Notes: generated by a model from the sequence alone, not told the origin. A stretch of 64,000 nt of DNA from Azolla caroliniana (GCA_043228905.1 JBHGNT010000008.1:6634001-6698000), one strand, 5' to 3'. Shown: positions 27,058 to 41,580, counted from the first letter of the stretch. Program-made: numbers and translations.

Positions 27058-30000
27058 ATGAACAGCCTCTATCTATATCTCCGATTCCAACCTTTTGAAT
27101 ATGGTCTTCTTCCATTCTCTGATCCGAGCTTCGTCTCCGCGGATACATCCTCATCATCTACTCTCATGCGATTACGCTTGAAGATGCATCGGTACTCAAA
27201 TAATCTTCGTAGAAATCATCGAATCAATGCGGCGGGCATCTCTCTCTGCCTTGGGATCATGTATGAACAAGCCCAATTGCTTCTAGAGACATTTGCCTCC
27301 GTCTTTCCTCCATATTATGATGATGCTATATATAGTGCTTCTCTTGGAGAGATTGATTCTGTGGGTGCTTCCGTTGATGACTTGATCATGTTCTTATACA
27401 TTCAGAACTATAGGAGAGCTCCAATTCGGCCACATAAAGATGCTTCTTTGGTTGAAGATGTTTGGCCCCTTGATGGGTCATCTTCTACGACAACAACTGC
27501 AACAACTGTTACGACGACTACTACTACACCTATTTCTACTTCACATCATGTTTGCATCTTATGCCCTTCAATCATGCTTTTACGCTCAAGTTGATTACTA
27601 AACTGGCTATGGTTTTTTTTTTTGTCATTTAACCCATTGATGGGGTACACTGTGTCTTCTTCTATCGTATGAGCACTTGCAAGTTTACACATTTACATGT
27701 TTATTTCAGGTAAAAGTTCGAAAAACCACAACACCATCACAATCAGATGAAGAAGCTCATCAGCTCGCCTACATGCAAAAGCATCTTCATGACTTACTTT
27801 CTCTTTTGGCAGCGCCATTGGAAAACACCTGCACTGATTCACAGGTTAATGGGTGGTATGCGTATATTGGCTTTTACTAATTTTTCATAGAAGACACTTT
27901 ATTATGCCGTTTTGAAAAATTGTTATTCTCTGTGCGTCGATTCGACAATTTCTGTTATTTTAATGGAGGCATTCATGTTATTTGCATTGCATTTTATACT
28001 TGTAAATCTTAATCATTTTGACAATTTAGTGTTCATTTCTATTTACAATAATGAACATTTGTTTTTCTATTCAACAATGTTGATATTTTTGAGCTCCCCT
28101 TTACAGCATTGTTATCTTTTCTATTGTTTGTGAAATGATGGTTCAACATAGAATGCAAAATGTGTGCAAATTTATTCTTGTTAGTCTTAGACATCCAAAT
28201 GTTAAGTTATGAATATGGATCACAACATATATATTGAAGTATAATAACTTAAATATAGGTAGCATTATAATCTTTAAATCATTAGACCATTATCAGTAGG
28301 AAACTTTGTTCTGAATGTGTTTTAGTTACATGCACATTCTTTTAGTTTTATATGCTGTTTCCTATTCAAGGAAATTAAGTTCAGAGGTTTACCACAAGAA
28401 ATATTGACATTTTACAGAGATTAACCTCAGAAATATTGACATCTACTGTGGATCTAATAACTTAAAAATCTTGTCATGAGTACTGGCCCAGCTTGTTTCA
28501 ATATTGAAAATTTCTAGTCTTCAAAGGGAAATATAAGTGGTATTAGTTGTGACATTCTTGGTAAGTTGCTTAAAACTAGTGATGTAGCTTTTAACTTCAT
28601 TTTATTATTTGTTGGCAATAACAGATGCTAATCTCAGAAGAGCAGTTTAATCACCTTGGTTTCTTGATTGAGTCGTCAACGTTGGAGCCACTAAGCTGTG
28701 CCGCTCCTTTCTTCTCAGAATCCACTGCTCTTGTCCCTTTACAAGAAGTGCATGATTGGGTGATGTCTCACTTATTCTCTAGATCAAACCATTTACAGGA
28801 TAGACCTACCCATTGTAATGCCAATGGATGCTCATCTATTCAAGATTTTACAGTCATTGATGGAGTAATCAAAGTATCATTTTTGAAGGATGAGAGTAAC
28901 ATTATCGGTGGTTCTGTAAAGGTGAGAATGTTTTATTTCACCAAGTCTATGCGAGGCGAGTTAAATCTTTAGGCATGAAAGTTGAGAGTCCAATTATTGA
29001 TCCCAATTCTAGATAAAATTATCCTAAATTTTGTTCATGTTTTAAAGTATCATTTGGTCAATGGTCTTTGTTTCTTCAGTTGTTCAGTTCAATGCAAAAC
29101 TTACCAATTTTTAGATTGTCTTATATTATATTTGCACCATGGCTTCCATTTTATTGATTTCTGTCTACTAATGCCCATATGCTTGATCGAATAGTGTATA
29201 ATTACCAACTGAAAATCTCATGATGCTTCTTTTGATGTATAGGTCACAAATTGCAATGATTCAACTATTTATGTCCTTGCACCTTTAAATTATGTATCTA
29301 TTTATGGATGCTCAGATTGTACAGTGGTTCTTGGTGCTGTTGGAAAGGTACTTTGGACCTGCATATCTGGTATTGTATTTACCTGTGTTTACATGCATGT
29401 GTTTTTCCTTCTGATGCAATTGAGTAAGAAGCAAGCAACATCACCATTCCTTTAGGGTTTCTATAAGAATTTAGATTATTTGTGAAAAGATTATTTCAAG
29501 CTGTAAGTATGATATTTACTTTTGCATGATAGGCTGTTCGCATGGAGCATTGTGAAAGGGTACACTTGATAGTGGCAACTGTACGGATATGCATTGCAAA
29601 TTGTCGAGAATGCCGATTTAACCTTGCAGTGAATCAAGCTCCAGTGATTTTTGGTGAAAACCATAGCTTGCAGGTTTGGATTCTTATAATGCCAGAGAGT
29701 ATAAACGAATACTATCACTGTATAGAAAATATTCCTAAAGATTTTGCAATGATACTACAAAAGAATATACAACTGATGATACTATCATTGTATATATATT
29801 AAATGCCTATGTAATTTTATTTTTTCCTATTTACATAGGTAGCACCATACAATACATACTACCCCAAGCTGGAGGAACATTTGAGCCAAGTGGGTTTTGA
29901 ACCAAACATTAACAAATGGGATGAGCAACTGACATTCTCTGCTGTTGATCCACATGATTCTACAGTGCATGCAGCTGGTATTGCTGATTCTGAAACAGAG

Positions 30001-30900
30001 GGTGCGTCTCTCTTGCCAGCAGATCATTTCACAAGCTTCACGGTGCGTGCATCTTGGTCATGGTTCATGATATATGATCAAGGGAAAAACACTTAAATAC
30101 CCCTAACTTGCTTAGGGTCATTCTGGTAAATACGCAACAAGCTACGGGCAGCTTGGTGTTTCTTACAGTAATTAATCACTGTCGCCGAGACACATTCTTT
30201 GGTATTCTGATATTATTGGCAATACCCCATGCCTTTGAATTTGCAGATCCCAAAATGGACTGATAGTAAATCTTATCGGGGATCTGTCACAACATGTAAC
30301 CCTTTCATGTTGCCAAGGGCATATTTACAATCTCAGACACAAAGGGTAATCACCTAGTTCTTTTTCTTTTAGTCTATAGAAACTATTGTCATGCAAATTC
30401 GGAACATAATATATTGTCTGCTAAGGTTTCTAAAATGAATGCATGTAGGCTTATCGTTTTTTGTATTCTATTGTCTTGACAGTTACTATCTACTAATTCT
30501 TTTATTATTCTAATAGGAATGCATTATTATTTGTTGATTCTGAATATTCACATAATACTTCCCCCTATTTAAGTAATTAAGTAAACTATTTATCTTAGTA
30601 GATGAGCATGGAATTTGATGATTATGTACATTAAATATTGTTTATGTATTTAGAATAAAGCGGCTCAGGTGCTGAGGGAAGTATTAGAGTCACTGAAAAT
30701 AAGTGTACCAAGGAAACGACATTTGGCGCATGTCATGCGAGTTCACTTCAAGGAGTGGCTTTTATGTGAGTATATCTATCAGCACTGTCTTTGCAGAAAT
30801 ATCCTTTTTCTTATTTGAACCCTCTAATGTAGTTGTTGTACTGTATATAGCTTCTGGAAATATTCGGCAGCTATATGAGATTCAAAAGGATGTAGAATAG
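27058..30900 (+). CDS. TBCCD1: TBCC domain-containing protein 1 (C-CAP/cofactor C-like), 544 aa
   Basis: Exons 27058-27549, 27710-27844, 28625-28921, 29243-29347, 29533-29673, 29839-30042, 30247-30345, 30654-30765, 30851-30900; all GT-AG and in frame. Motifs FEYGLLP, LIMFLYIQNY, DEEAHQLAY, YGCSDCTVVLGAVGKAVRMEHCERV, APYNTYYPKLEEH, HFKEWLLSSGNIRQLY. Confidence 0.93.
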
Positions 30901-32338
30901 CCAGCTTGGTGCACATTTGAGTTTCATCTCCCAATATATATTCATCTCCACAATAGAGAGTTCACAACTGGTGTCTCTAGCCTCTTTACTCACAGATGCA
31001 AACGGTAGTTTGCCTTTTCTTGTACCCTCATAATAATGTTGTAACAAAATAAGTTTTTGGCATATGTACTCTATCATGCAATAAATATTTAATAAGGAGA
31101 CTCAATAGAAGTTACAGTGACAAGGCATTGGATTGGCATGTTCACCATGTTACCTCTTATTTTTATATGCTGCTGATGATATAGTACTCCAGGGCAAATT
31201 GTGCAAACTACTTGGGATACTCCCAAGTCTTCTCCACATACACAGCTATTAGTGAACATATAAAAATTAAGATAGTAGTAATTATGGCACATGGAGAAAA
31301 CATTGGAATTGTGCAGGGTTTAGGTGTTTAGCTATTCAAATGTCTGTGTGAATCATAATTGGGTATAGAATATTAGTTATTGGGGGCAGAGAATATTATC
31401 AGTTTGTGTGTATAAGTATATCTGTAGTTTAGACATTCTGTACTGTCCATCATTGGCCAGACAGTGCTATACAAAGCATACCTGGTATGATATTGAATGA
31501 GAGACAAAAGCTTAAAAAGAACTTTATATATTGGTTCCTTGGAGTATGGCTATGCTATGCTATGTCAAATAGTGGAAAATCAAAGCTTTGTTAAGAGTCA
31601 TGATATGTATCGCAAATGACAAATAATGAATGGAAAATGAACTGAAAACATAAAAAATACCAGAGACAAGTTTCCTCCATCTGGTTATATGAGAAACCTA
31701 TGAAATAGTTCACATGTCTGAAACTCTCTTGCAAAATGATTTGCTATGTCAACTTGCACTTAATGGATTACTGCTGACAAAAAAGCCAAGTTGGAATATT
31801 ATTGTGAGGCTATATATTAACTGAAGCATTATTCTTCAATTTTGCGTTGAGGTCACATAGATGTCATTTTTAGTCAATAGATTACTACTCTATAATGTTG
31901 AGAACGTGCTTGTATTTGCTATCTCATTGTGTATTTATGTATTGGCATCATACCATTGATCATAATTTAACTATTTCTGTCAATAAATAATCAATATCAA
32001 TCTTGCAACAAATTAGAGAGTAAGATTTTTCGTCAATAGATCATAACTTATATGGAAGGTAATAAATCTTACTAGTGGTAGTGCTTTGAATGTGTATTGA
32101 AAATCTTGCAAAGTAGGCATAAATTGGATTTTGGGACAGTTGAATTATACACACATCAATTGAATCACCATATATTGAACAATCCCAAATGCATCACAAG
32201 TAGCCCATGAGCCTCTTGTAAGCTCGATGACAATGAGAGCAATCATCATTTCCATGTTTACAAAGTTGAGCATGATATCAGCAACTGTAAATAGCATACT
32301 ATATTCTTTGGCACCAAAGGACGAGCTATTTCTGTACT

Positions 32339-32659
32339 GAAACTAGATAACATTCATTAGATTCCTGCATTTGAGAATACATTCATTATGTTCCTGGATG
32401 GGTTCTTTCCGTAGTGAAACTAGATAACAATCATTAGATTCTTGCATTTGACAATACATTCATTATGTTCCTGTTTTCATGTTCAAAAGAATGGATACAA
32501 AACCATGTTTCAAACCATAAGGTGCTACGCAGGTTAACAATCCATATCAATTCTTGCACTCGGTGCTACATTTATTAGATTCTTGCATTTGATAATACAT
32601 TCATTATGTTCCTGTTTTCATGTTCAAAATTACGGGTAAAGAACCATGTTTCAAACCAT
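32339..32659. repeat. Imperfect tandem repeats, 3 copies of a ~40-60 bp core
   Basis: ATTAGATTC(C/T)TGCATTTGANAATACATTCATTATGTTCCTG at ~32356, ~32433 and ~32574. Confidence 0.8.
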
Positions 32660-33217
32660 CATAAGATCCAACTGATACCATGGAGCATTATATATTCACC
32701 ACGTTCTTGCATTCGTTAATTATTCTTTCCTAGAGTCTGAAGGTGTTACAAGTTCAGTATGTATCCAATGGATACGAGTATGCTTACATATCTCTACCTG
32801 GTATTAATCAAGGGATCTCTCATAATTGAGTCATAAATAGAACACCAATTGAAATTGAGATGACACATTTCACTTGAAATATAATGTAAATTCCACGCAT
32901 AATTTTATTTATGGATATTTACAAAATTTCTGAGGATTGCTAGGTAATGTTTACAAGTGAAATTTTTAAAAATGGTTCATGTATTATTACAAAAAAAAAG
33001 GTTCATGCATACCTTTACAAAAAGTAAAAGTAGGCTTTGGAAATCAAATCTTTTCCGCATTCAGAATCAAAATGCCAAAGGGTCATTCATTGTACACACA
33101 ATCACATTAGTTGAATGATACACTCACATTAGAGTCATTGTTAGTACCAGATTTAAACCTGTACAGGAGCCTCGCATAGAAACTGCATAATACAGCTTGT
33201 ATTTACAAAGAAAAGAA

Positions 33218-36200
33218 TCATGTCCCATAGCTACGATCGCCAGCATCTCCGATACCAGGCACAATATCACTGCAAAGAATATTGAGTGTGATCAATTTAC
33301 GAACTATTACTGCAAAGAACCCCGAAGATAAATTTATAAATATCACCACAAGGAATAGTAAAGATCAAACTAAGTCTCAAGTTACAGAAGATGATATATG
33401 GAGGAAATGCATATACATGTTAAAAGTGGTTTCGTGTCAAAATTGTCAAACAGAAGATCAATCCTATATGAACAATGCACGAAATGGAACCGAGTAGTCT
33501 CAAATTACAAAAGACTATCAGAAGATAGAATTGATTACTCACCCTCGTTCAGTAACTGCCTCATCTACAGTTGCTGCATATATTCGGAGCCTATAGAGGA
33601 ACATATTACAGCATAAAGGTGCTCTTATTTAGGAACAATAGATTTTCACACGTTTTCAGGAAAAGATTCACATGTTTTTGTACCCAGGGAACTTGTTACT
33701 AAGTTGATCCAATGCTGGAGGCGTAACAGCAGCACATATCTGTGTGATACGACAGCCATGGTTAGGTGTCAAAGTTCAAAGCTCTGCTTATGCATGTTAA
33801 GAGACTGCACAAGTATCCATCCCACTGGGATCATCATAAACAAATTTGTAAACATTTTTATCTTTATTTCTAGCAGCAGCTCAGCTATAGTAGGTGCATG
33901 CAAGTTCTCACTCAAGAGTCAGATGGTTATTTGTAAGAGATTGATAAGAGCTTGTTGACCATTACAAATGACTTTTCCCCGTGGAGAGATGTGAGCAGGC
34001 ATCTTAATACAAATAGTAAACAGATATTAGGAACCCATCCCCCATTCCTATGTTTCTAATATGAAAATATCCACCCTTCCAAAATGGGTGTATGAAGATA
34101 TGAATTCTCCAATTTCCATAATGCCTGATAACATTAAATAAACCAACCTATATGTTCTCCTATCCATAATCAATGATACTAAGATTTTTTGAAGAGTTTA
34201 TCTGCCCAAAGCATTAGCTACTTGGATAGAGATTTGCTTTTACCATTGACATGCAATGGCTCACCCAGAAGTTATTGGTCTCCTCCTCATATGCCTACCA
34301 ATTATTTCTTTCCTCCATCCCAGTAATTAAACTAGACAGAAGGTTAAACAACTCACTACTCTTATCAGTCGGTGGTTCACATTTCGTTGCTTTAATAGCT
34401 CGATTGTAGAAATAAGTGTCTCACCTGCTTAATCAACACAGAAAAAACAGCTCATGCTCTTATATTCTGTTGGATCGTTTTTCTTACATCCTAGAAATGC
34501 GAAGATTTGATCCTGATTGCTAACCTGTGGCTAGCAATGCATCTGCAATAAGAACTCTGACACCATTTGGGAATTCATCTGGTAGCCTGAAAAGAATACA
34601 AATAGAAAATGATACATAGCATCTGACCAAAAGTCAGAAAACCTCATGAGATACCAAACCCAGCAAGCACTTCCTATTAGATTTTCTGTGTATGATTCTT
34701 ATGAAATAAGGTAATTATCACATGATTCGATTCCCAACATGAAATGTTTCAAGGATGATTCAACTAACTTGTTCAAATAAAGGGTAGGCTTGAGTGTGAC
34801 CTGATCTTGGCCAAATCCTGGCAAACCGAGATAAGAAAGGAATAGAAATTCCATGCTTACAAAATGTATTCAAAAGTGGTAACATAAAAATGGTCAATCA
34901 AGTAGAAAGCCCATAGCATGTGTAATAATAAAACATAGATTAAGAGAACTGAAAGATATTCATATCGAAAAGATATGACATTCCATGACTACTCACCAAT
35001 GTGATATGTTTGTGTTGAGGGTAGAACAGAAGCCACATGTTCAACCAATACGAGCCCTTCTCGAAGCATGGGTATCACCTATAAGATTGCCACCAATAAC
35101 AAGGAATCTGGACGTATTACTGGAAGAATGGATAATGGATATTCAATACATAAATAAAAAGTGCTCACCATTACAGGCTCTTGGCCATCAATAAAGTCCA
35201 CATCTGCAACTCCATAGGGTGTTTGAACCTCACCTTTGATAGTTAGCTGCTATGTCACAAGTGTTCTAATACTTTGAAAAAAGGAAATGCATGATCAACT
35301 TTCTTAAATGAATACACAAAAACTACACTAGTAGGAGTTAGTTAAGTGTAGAGTAGGTTCATTGTGTCTTGAATGCATAACTACATTATTAGGATCTTAA
35401 TGAATCACCTTAATATGATTAGGAGGTTCATCAAACTCCAGTTATGTAGTACGATTAGGATAATTAACCCCAAGTAATTTACTATGCCTATGCCCATAAT
35501 ATACTTGGTCTATGAAAGCATCCAATTTCAACAACCTGAACAACATTGACAATATGAAACGTAACATTGTACTCACTAGCCAGTCCCTAGCAGCTTCATA
35601 TATAAGAAATCTTCCCAATTCAGCCAAAGCATTTTCTAGTGTCAAACATGATCAAGACAAAACAAGAAAATAATGATAAGAAAAGAGAACTAAAACAGAA
35701 TAATAACATCTGAGTAGCCAAGAAAAGGGTTTCTCTTTGTACGAAAATAAATTAAAACTTAAAAAGTACTAAATTGAGTGAGTAATCTTTGAAAGCTAGC
35801 ATTAAAAAGAGCCCCAAAATAAATAGAAAATTTATACATACTGAAAATGGATGGTGGAGTGAGTTCGTCCCGAAGGATAGATAACCAATGTTTGATAAGT
35901 GGATGTGGAGGCACAAAAACCTGTAATTACATACCAAACCCTAAAATATGTATGTATATATACATATATATACAAAATAGGGTATATATATACTCTCATC
36001 ACAAATGCATAAAAACAGAGAAGAAGAAGAAGAAGAAGAAGAAGAAGAAGAGGAAGAAAATTACCCAGAAAATTAAAAACATATATATTTCTTTATTTAT
36101 TTTTCCTACCAGTGTTAATTCTTCTCCAATTCTTCGTTGAATTAGGGTTGATGCAGGGAACCAAACGAAGGGAACATTGTCATTCTTGGTATGTTGAGGT

Positions 36201-36235
36201 GTACTAGTATCATCAGAGAACCTCAAGCAATGCAT
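33218..36235 (-). CDS. UPP: Uracil phosphoribosyltransferase-like protein (plant UPP family) with a divergent active site, ~252 aa
   Basis: Exons (high to low) 36235-36110, 35920-35842, 35635-35577, 35246-35169, 35078-34997, 34817-34769, 34586-34525, 34424-34357, 33739-33684, 33590-33543, 33269-33218; all GT-AG, 759 nt with no stops. Motifs VFVPPHPLIKHW, AELGRFLIYEAARDWL, YLNKLPDEFP, PGIGDAGDRSYGT. The start codon is uncertain. Confidence 0.9.
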
Positions 36236-36350
36236 TTCTTTGTACGACCAGAGTAATGGACAAACTTTTTGGAAGAAACAGAGCAATCTACAAACTCTTT
36301 GGTAAGAACAGAGTAATCAAATTATATATGTATGGATGTGTGTATATATG

Positions 36351-36382
<32 letters not shown>

Positions 36383-39300
36383 TGTATGTGTATATATAAT
36401 ATATATATATATATATAATATATATGTATAACAGTATATGTATATATATACAGTTTGTGTGTGAAAACAGAGCAACCTTCCTATGCCTTTCCTACACACA
36501 CATTTATTTATTCTCTAGAATGAATGAATGAATGAAGACACAGAATTAATTGCATGCTATCAGTATTTTGTATTGAGCATTTGTGTACATATTACTTTAA
36601 TGTATGTATATGCATGTATGGTTGTAATTTGTAGGCCTCTAGTATGTATACTATATATATGTACATAAAACATTTGGATTCATTTGGGTTGTATGTGAGA
36701 TTAGGTTTCTAAGTAGTTGCACACCAACAAGAAATTGTGTATATATATAATGCTATGTTTATATTTAATGATCAATTGTATACTATCACTTTGTGTGTGT
36801 GTGTGTGTGTGTATATTGCTATCTTTATATTTATGATCGATTGTATACTATCGCCATTGTACGATAATGCACTCTTCTCCATCATAACGCTCATAATCCA
36901 TGCTTATGAAACTTCGACAAATTGCACCAAAACACAATGTGCTACTATTATTCAATAGCAGAATGTGAAACCATTTTTTTTGCTTTGGCTTCTAACGTAA
37001 ACTTGCACATAAGGACCTGATTACAACTGCACACATATATGTCATGTACTTACGTGTACAGATCGCTCGATTGTGTCTATTGGACCGAGCATTGTTTGTG
37101 TTGTAGAAAATCAGATGGCTCCACAATGAGCAATAATGGAGATAATAAAAACCAATTATTGATCTAAAGGTATCCTATCGTATGACATATTTGTAATTGT
37201 GGGTATCATACGTATGTTTAAAATCGATCCATTGATTTAATAAACCAACAACATAATCCATTACAATATGAAAATGAACATGCATGATAGTGTAGTGCTA
37301 GAGCATGTGCTTTGTAACTTGGTCAAGTGGACCAATGGTTATGGTTTTGAGTCTCAAGCAATGAGTCTAACATTGCACTTATAATATGAAAAAATCTTCA
37401 TGTTTTTTGCTTGAGATATTGCATACTAGAGGGTTTCTCCTAAAACAAGATTTTAGTTGTTCTACTTCATATTGTGCGTTTAGGATGATGTAAACTATTA
37501 CGTTTCTCCTAAAAGAACTTTTAGAAACCAAAACCCTTGTGTGGCCTTTGAGAATAGATAATCCTATATATCATAGAATGCATATAAACATTTGTAGCAT
37601 ACCATAATTTTATGTCGAAGGCAACTACATATTTAGTGATACCCTTGTCTGACTACTACACTTATTCAACCATATGTGAACCTTTTTATTGTCTCTCGAC
37701 TTTTCGACTCACTTTCTAGAGATGTGTTGACAATAAGTTTTTTGGGGAAACTTTCTTGGCATGTACAATATTCAACCTTTTTGACTAGCCTTTTGGCCCT
37801 TGGGCATGATATTTTGATAGTATACACTTAGTAATTGAACCATCTTCATAAATGAGTGCTAACTGTTAGATGCATAAAATCTTTAGCCTAAGGAAGAGAC
37901 ATATTGTGCAAAGGAATTCAAGGACAAATTTTAGAATTGGTTGAGAATCATTAAAGCCATAACTAGATCAATTGTGTTTGGTTTACTTAAATATGTTTGC
38001 GTATGAATGTGTCTAAAGGACAATGAGAGGGTATATTTAGAGCCTTATGTGTTTAGCACTCATTAGTACAAAGTCATTAATAACTCAACCATTTATGTTG
38101 CATTGCATGTACCCCACTTGTTAGGAGAATCATTGTGATTCGGTAAATAATGAATTAACTCCTTTTGTTTTCCCTTATAGAGAAGAAGATGTACGTGAAA
38201 AAAACTCCATAAATGGCTTAGAGACAAGAAACAAGAAAGGAGAACATCCAAACTTCAAATTGTTGTTTCAAGGTCAAAACCCTTGTTTGTGTAACAGAGA
38301 CCGTGATTCACATGAAAACATAAAAAGTTGGAAGTTCTTTCTCGGAATCTAAACCAACCCCATTGTCATACTTGTCTTTAGCATGACTAGTGACTTGCAT
38401 ACTAAAAATTGCCAGGGGAAATTTTTTTCTCCTTCTTGGAATGGATATATTTAGAACATTTTGAATGCATGGACAATTTTATGTGTGTTTTATACTCATG
38501 ATTTTTCTCTCTATAGTATTGGTGTGGAAACTTATGCTAGTATTCATCAAATTGGGTGCACAATGATCTCTAGAATTATCATATCCACTTTGAATGGAGC
38601 TTTTGTTGGTATTTATAATCTGCATGGTTGTTGAGATTCATTTAGTTATGGAGGATCAAATGACATTTAGTTATTTATATTAAAGCAACAAGTAACAACA
38701 TATTAAAAGTATCATTTATATATTCTACAAAGTGGAAGGCTATTAGCCCCTTTTGCATGGGGTTGTCCACACTTCGGTGTCCACACTAGGATCATATAAG
38801 GTAGGGGTAGGAGATGTTGTGACTTGTAGGGAGACTCCTCAACGAATAGTTGATCAATGCTCATTACCGAGGGAGTGTGATGCATCTCAAAAAGTGTGGG
38901 CATAACCTTTTATAATGATTTACCTTTCCATTTAATAAATTTATTATAGCTTTTTCATGAAACCAAATTTTCATGTCAAAGAGAAGGTGGCATAAGAGTT
39001 GTCATCGATATGTTGTATATAAATGATGCATTTTGTGACAATAATATTTCCTGAAAGCTGTCTTCAAGCTATCATCTAAAAGTGACAACTAATAACAGAG
39101 TACGAATCAAACAGTAAAGTGGTACCTTCATTGTTTCATCAACTACCAACAAGATGATTAAGTCAACTTACTGCATTTTACAAAGTTTGCTTACAATCAC
39201 TGAATGCATTCGTCCATTAGCAATTCCTTCTTTTTTTGCGAATACAATTTGTAGAGCGGACAAGCTCAACCGGATCCGGATCGGCTGAATAAGCCAGAGC

Positions 39301-39416
39301 CGGATTGATATCCGAAACGGAGAACCGGATAGGTATCTGGATCGTTATCCGGAACTAAGAGACAGATTGGATTGTAACCGGTAGGCTGTTAGAGGTCCAC
39401 AATCCTAGCCTAGTAC

Positions 39417-39891
39417 TGTTATCGGTTAGGAACACAGCCTAACCTCAGTCCTTCGGGGTAGGCTCAAAGAGATCGTGGTACAGGGAATGGCCATGTGTAC
39501 TATGCGTAACTACATCGTAGTCTAACGTCATGGTGTATTGGCTATTTGTGAGGTAAGACATGAACTTGGAGACGGTTACAACCGAGCTCCTATCGTGCGT
39601 AAATACACAACGACACTTACTCATCTTAAACAATTACGCTAGGTATTGACACAGAAATAGCAACACAGGAAACTCTAGAGACCGAGATAAGAGAAGACAG
39701 AAACTGTATTAAACGACTATGCTCAAAATTGCGTTAGCTCTTACAATGTTCATATGCCCTTTATATACATAGGGCCTAGTCGGTTACGCTTCCCGTGTGA
39801 ACTGTTACACGCGTTACTTCAACGCTTCTATTATAATAATACGCCTCTTTATCATGCATTATTTACATTTGTCCACTTACGGCGGACAACA
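39417..39891 (-). mobile_element. Solo LTR inserted in the Copia 5' LTR, TSD AGTAC
   Basis: TGTT...AACA termini and AGTAC at 39412-39416 and 39892-39896. The empty site CCTAGTACGTAGG is visible in the 3' LTR at ~52177. Confidence 0.9.
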
Positions 39892-41563
39892 AGTACGTAG
39901 GCATATTTCTTGGAGTTAGTGTCAGTCGCTTGTATGAGCATTGAAGTACATGTCAATACTTTAAAGGACTTGTATAAAAGTGCTCACTAAGCACATTGTA
40001 TGTACAAAGTGTTATTATTTTGAATTTAGCTTATGCTGTTCTGCTCTCTTTGTCTCTCCCGTTCTCTATCCGTGTGATTCAAGCTTCCATTAAACCTGTG
40101 TGTATTTTCTGTAGCTATCCGAGTAAACCGGTTTGTCAAAGCTTCCGCACATTAACTTTGAAATGGTATTAGAATGCAAGGGTTGAGAACCTCTATTGCC
40201 GACAAACGATTTCCATAGACGAACCCTAACTTCTGAAAGCACAGACCGAAAAGAGGGAAGATATGGACAAAAGCATGGCGAGCTCGCTTCCTACTGAAAA
40301 GCTCGACCAGAGCAACTATGCATGAAATGTTGGTACTGCTGGAGAAGCGTGCCGATTCGGATAAATCCGGATCTAGAAAGGCCGGACAAGGGAACTGGCA
40401 AAGCTCCCACTACACAGAAGGATTAGAAGGATCCACAACCGGTAAGACTGGAAAAGGGCCAGCCTTTGTGATGAAACACAAAGCGAACTCGATGAACAAG
40501 ACCACTTCCGGATCAGAGGAAGTGTGGTACATTGATTCTGGAGCATCCAACCATATGACGAGCCATGAAGAGTGGTTCTCATATTTGGAAAAACCGGAAA
40601 AATCGGGAGTTGTCGAAACCGGAGATGACATTCCTCACCCGATCGTGCATGTTGGAGAAGTCCCCTTGAGTCATGTCAGACAACAAGGGAAGCTTATGAA
40701 TGTGCTTCACATCCTGACAATCATGAAGAACCTGGTGTTGGTCGCGCAGATCATCGACCAAGGGATGTAGGTGTGGTTTACACATCTTGGGTGCTTCATT
40801 GAGGAAGAGGGTCAGATCATCGCGCAAGGGTGTTGGGACAGGAGGATGTTCATCATCAACACCAATGACGTAGGCACTGCCTTGTTCGCAAAAGGACAAA
40901 CAGTCGAGTCAGATATCGACTTGTGGCAGAAGCGGATCGACCACGTCAACTATCAAAGGCTTGTTATCTCTTCTTCGGAGATACACCTTTGATTACTTCC
41001 TGAGTAATCGAGTCAAGGAATTGTGGTTACGTAGGAAAGACAAATAAGGCCGAACAGGCCGATTCACTATGAAAATGTCCGGCCACAACCGGTCTTACGA
41101 CTTATACTTATAACTTGGATAGAAAACCCAATAGTAAAGATGAATGTTTAATGACATGAGAAGATAGACCCACAATTGTGTATTATAAGATTACTGCGTA
41201 AACGATTACACAACTCACGGTTGAAATTTCTATTCACTCCCTCTAACAGGAGAAAAATAGACATACATATATAATTTTCTCTGCCTAGTATAATAAGAGT
41301 ATCTCCCTGTCTTAAAGCTATATAGACATCTCTCTTTACCCACGCTCCCTTCCTACTACTATTGCTCGCTTTTTTATAGTTTCTGTTTCTTCTTGGCACG
41401 CTTCAACCACCTCACTGATTTTCCGGTTTTTATTCTCGGCTGCATTTAATTCATTCGACTACTTCCTTCACGCTTGGTCAATTCTCCTTTTCACCTACAT
41501 TTACCTACTTGCTTCTTTTAGATACGTTCCACACTTCATAACCTTTGTCCCACGGATAACACT

Positions 41564-41580
41564 TGGCACGCCTGTGGGAC
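41564..41580 (+). promoter_or_regulatory. tRNA-Arg-type primer-binding site at the position expected for the PPT
   Basis: TGGCACGCCTGTGGGAC lies 2 nt inside the left LTR. It matches the recalled complement of the plant tRNA-Arg(UCU) 3' end (TGGCACGCCTGGTGGGAC) with a 1-nt gap. Confidence 0.7.

Noticed and set aside
41564-41580. tRNA gene
   Set aside because: Only the 3'-terminal 17 nt of a tRNA are represented and there is no cloverleaf, so it is treated as a primer site.
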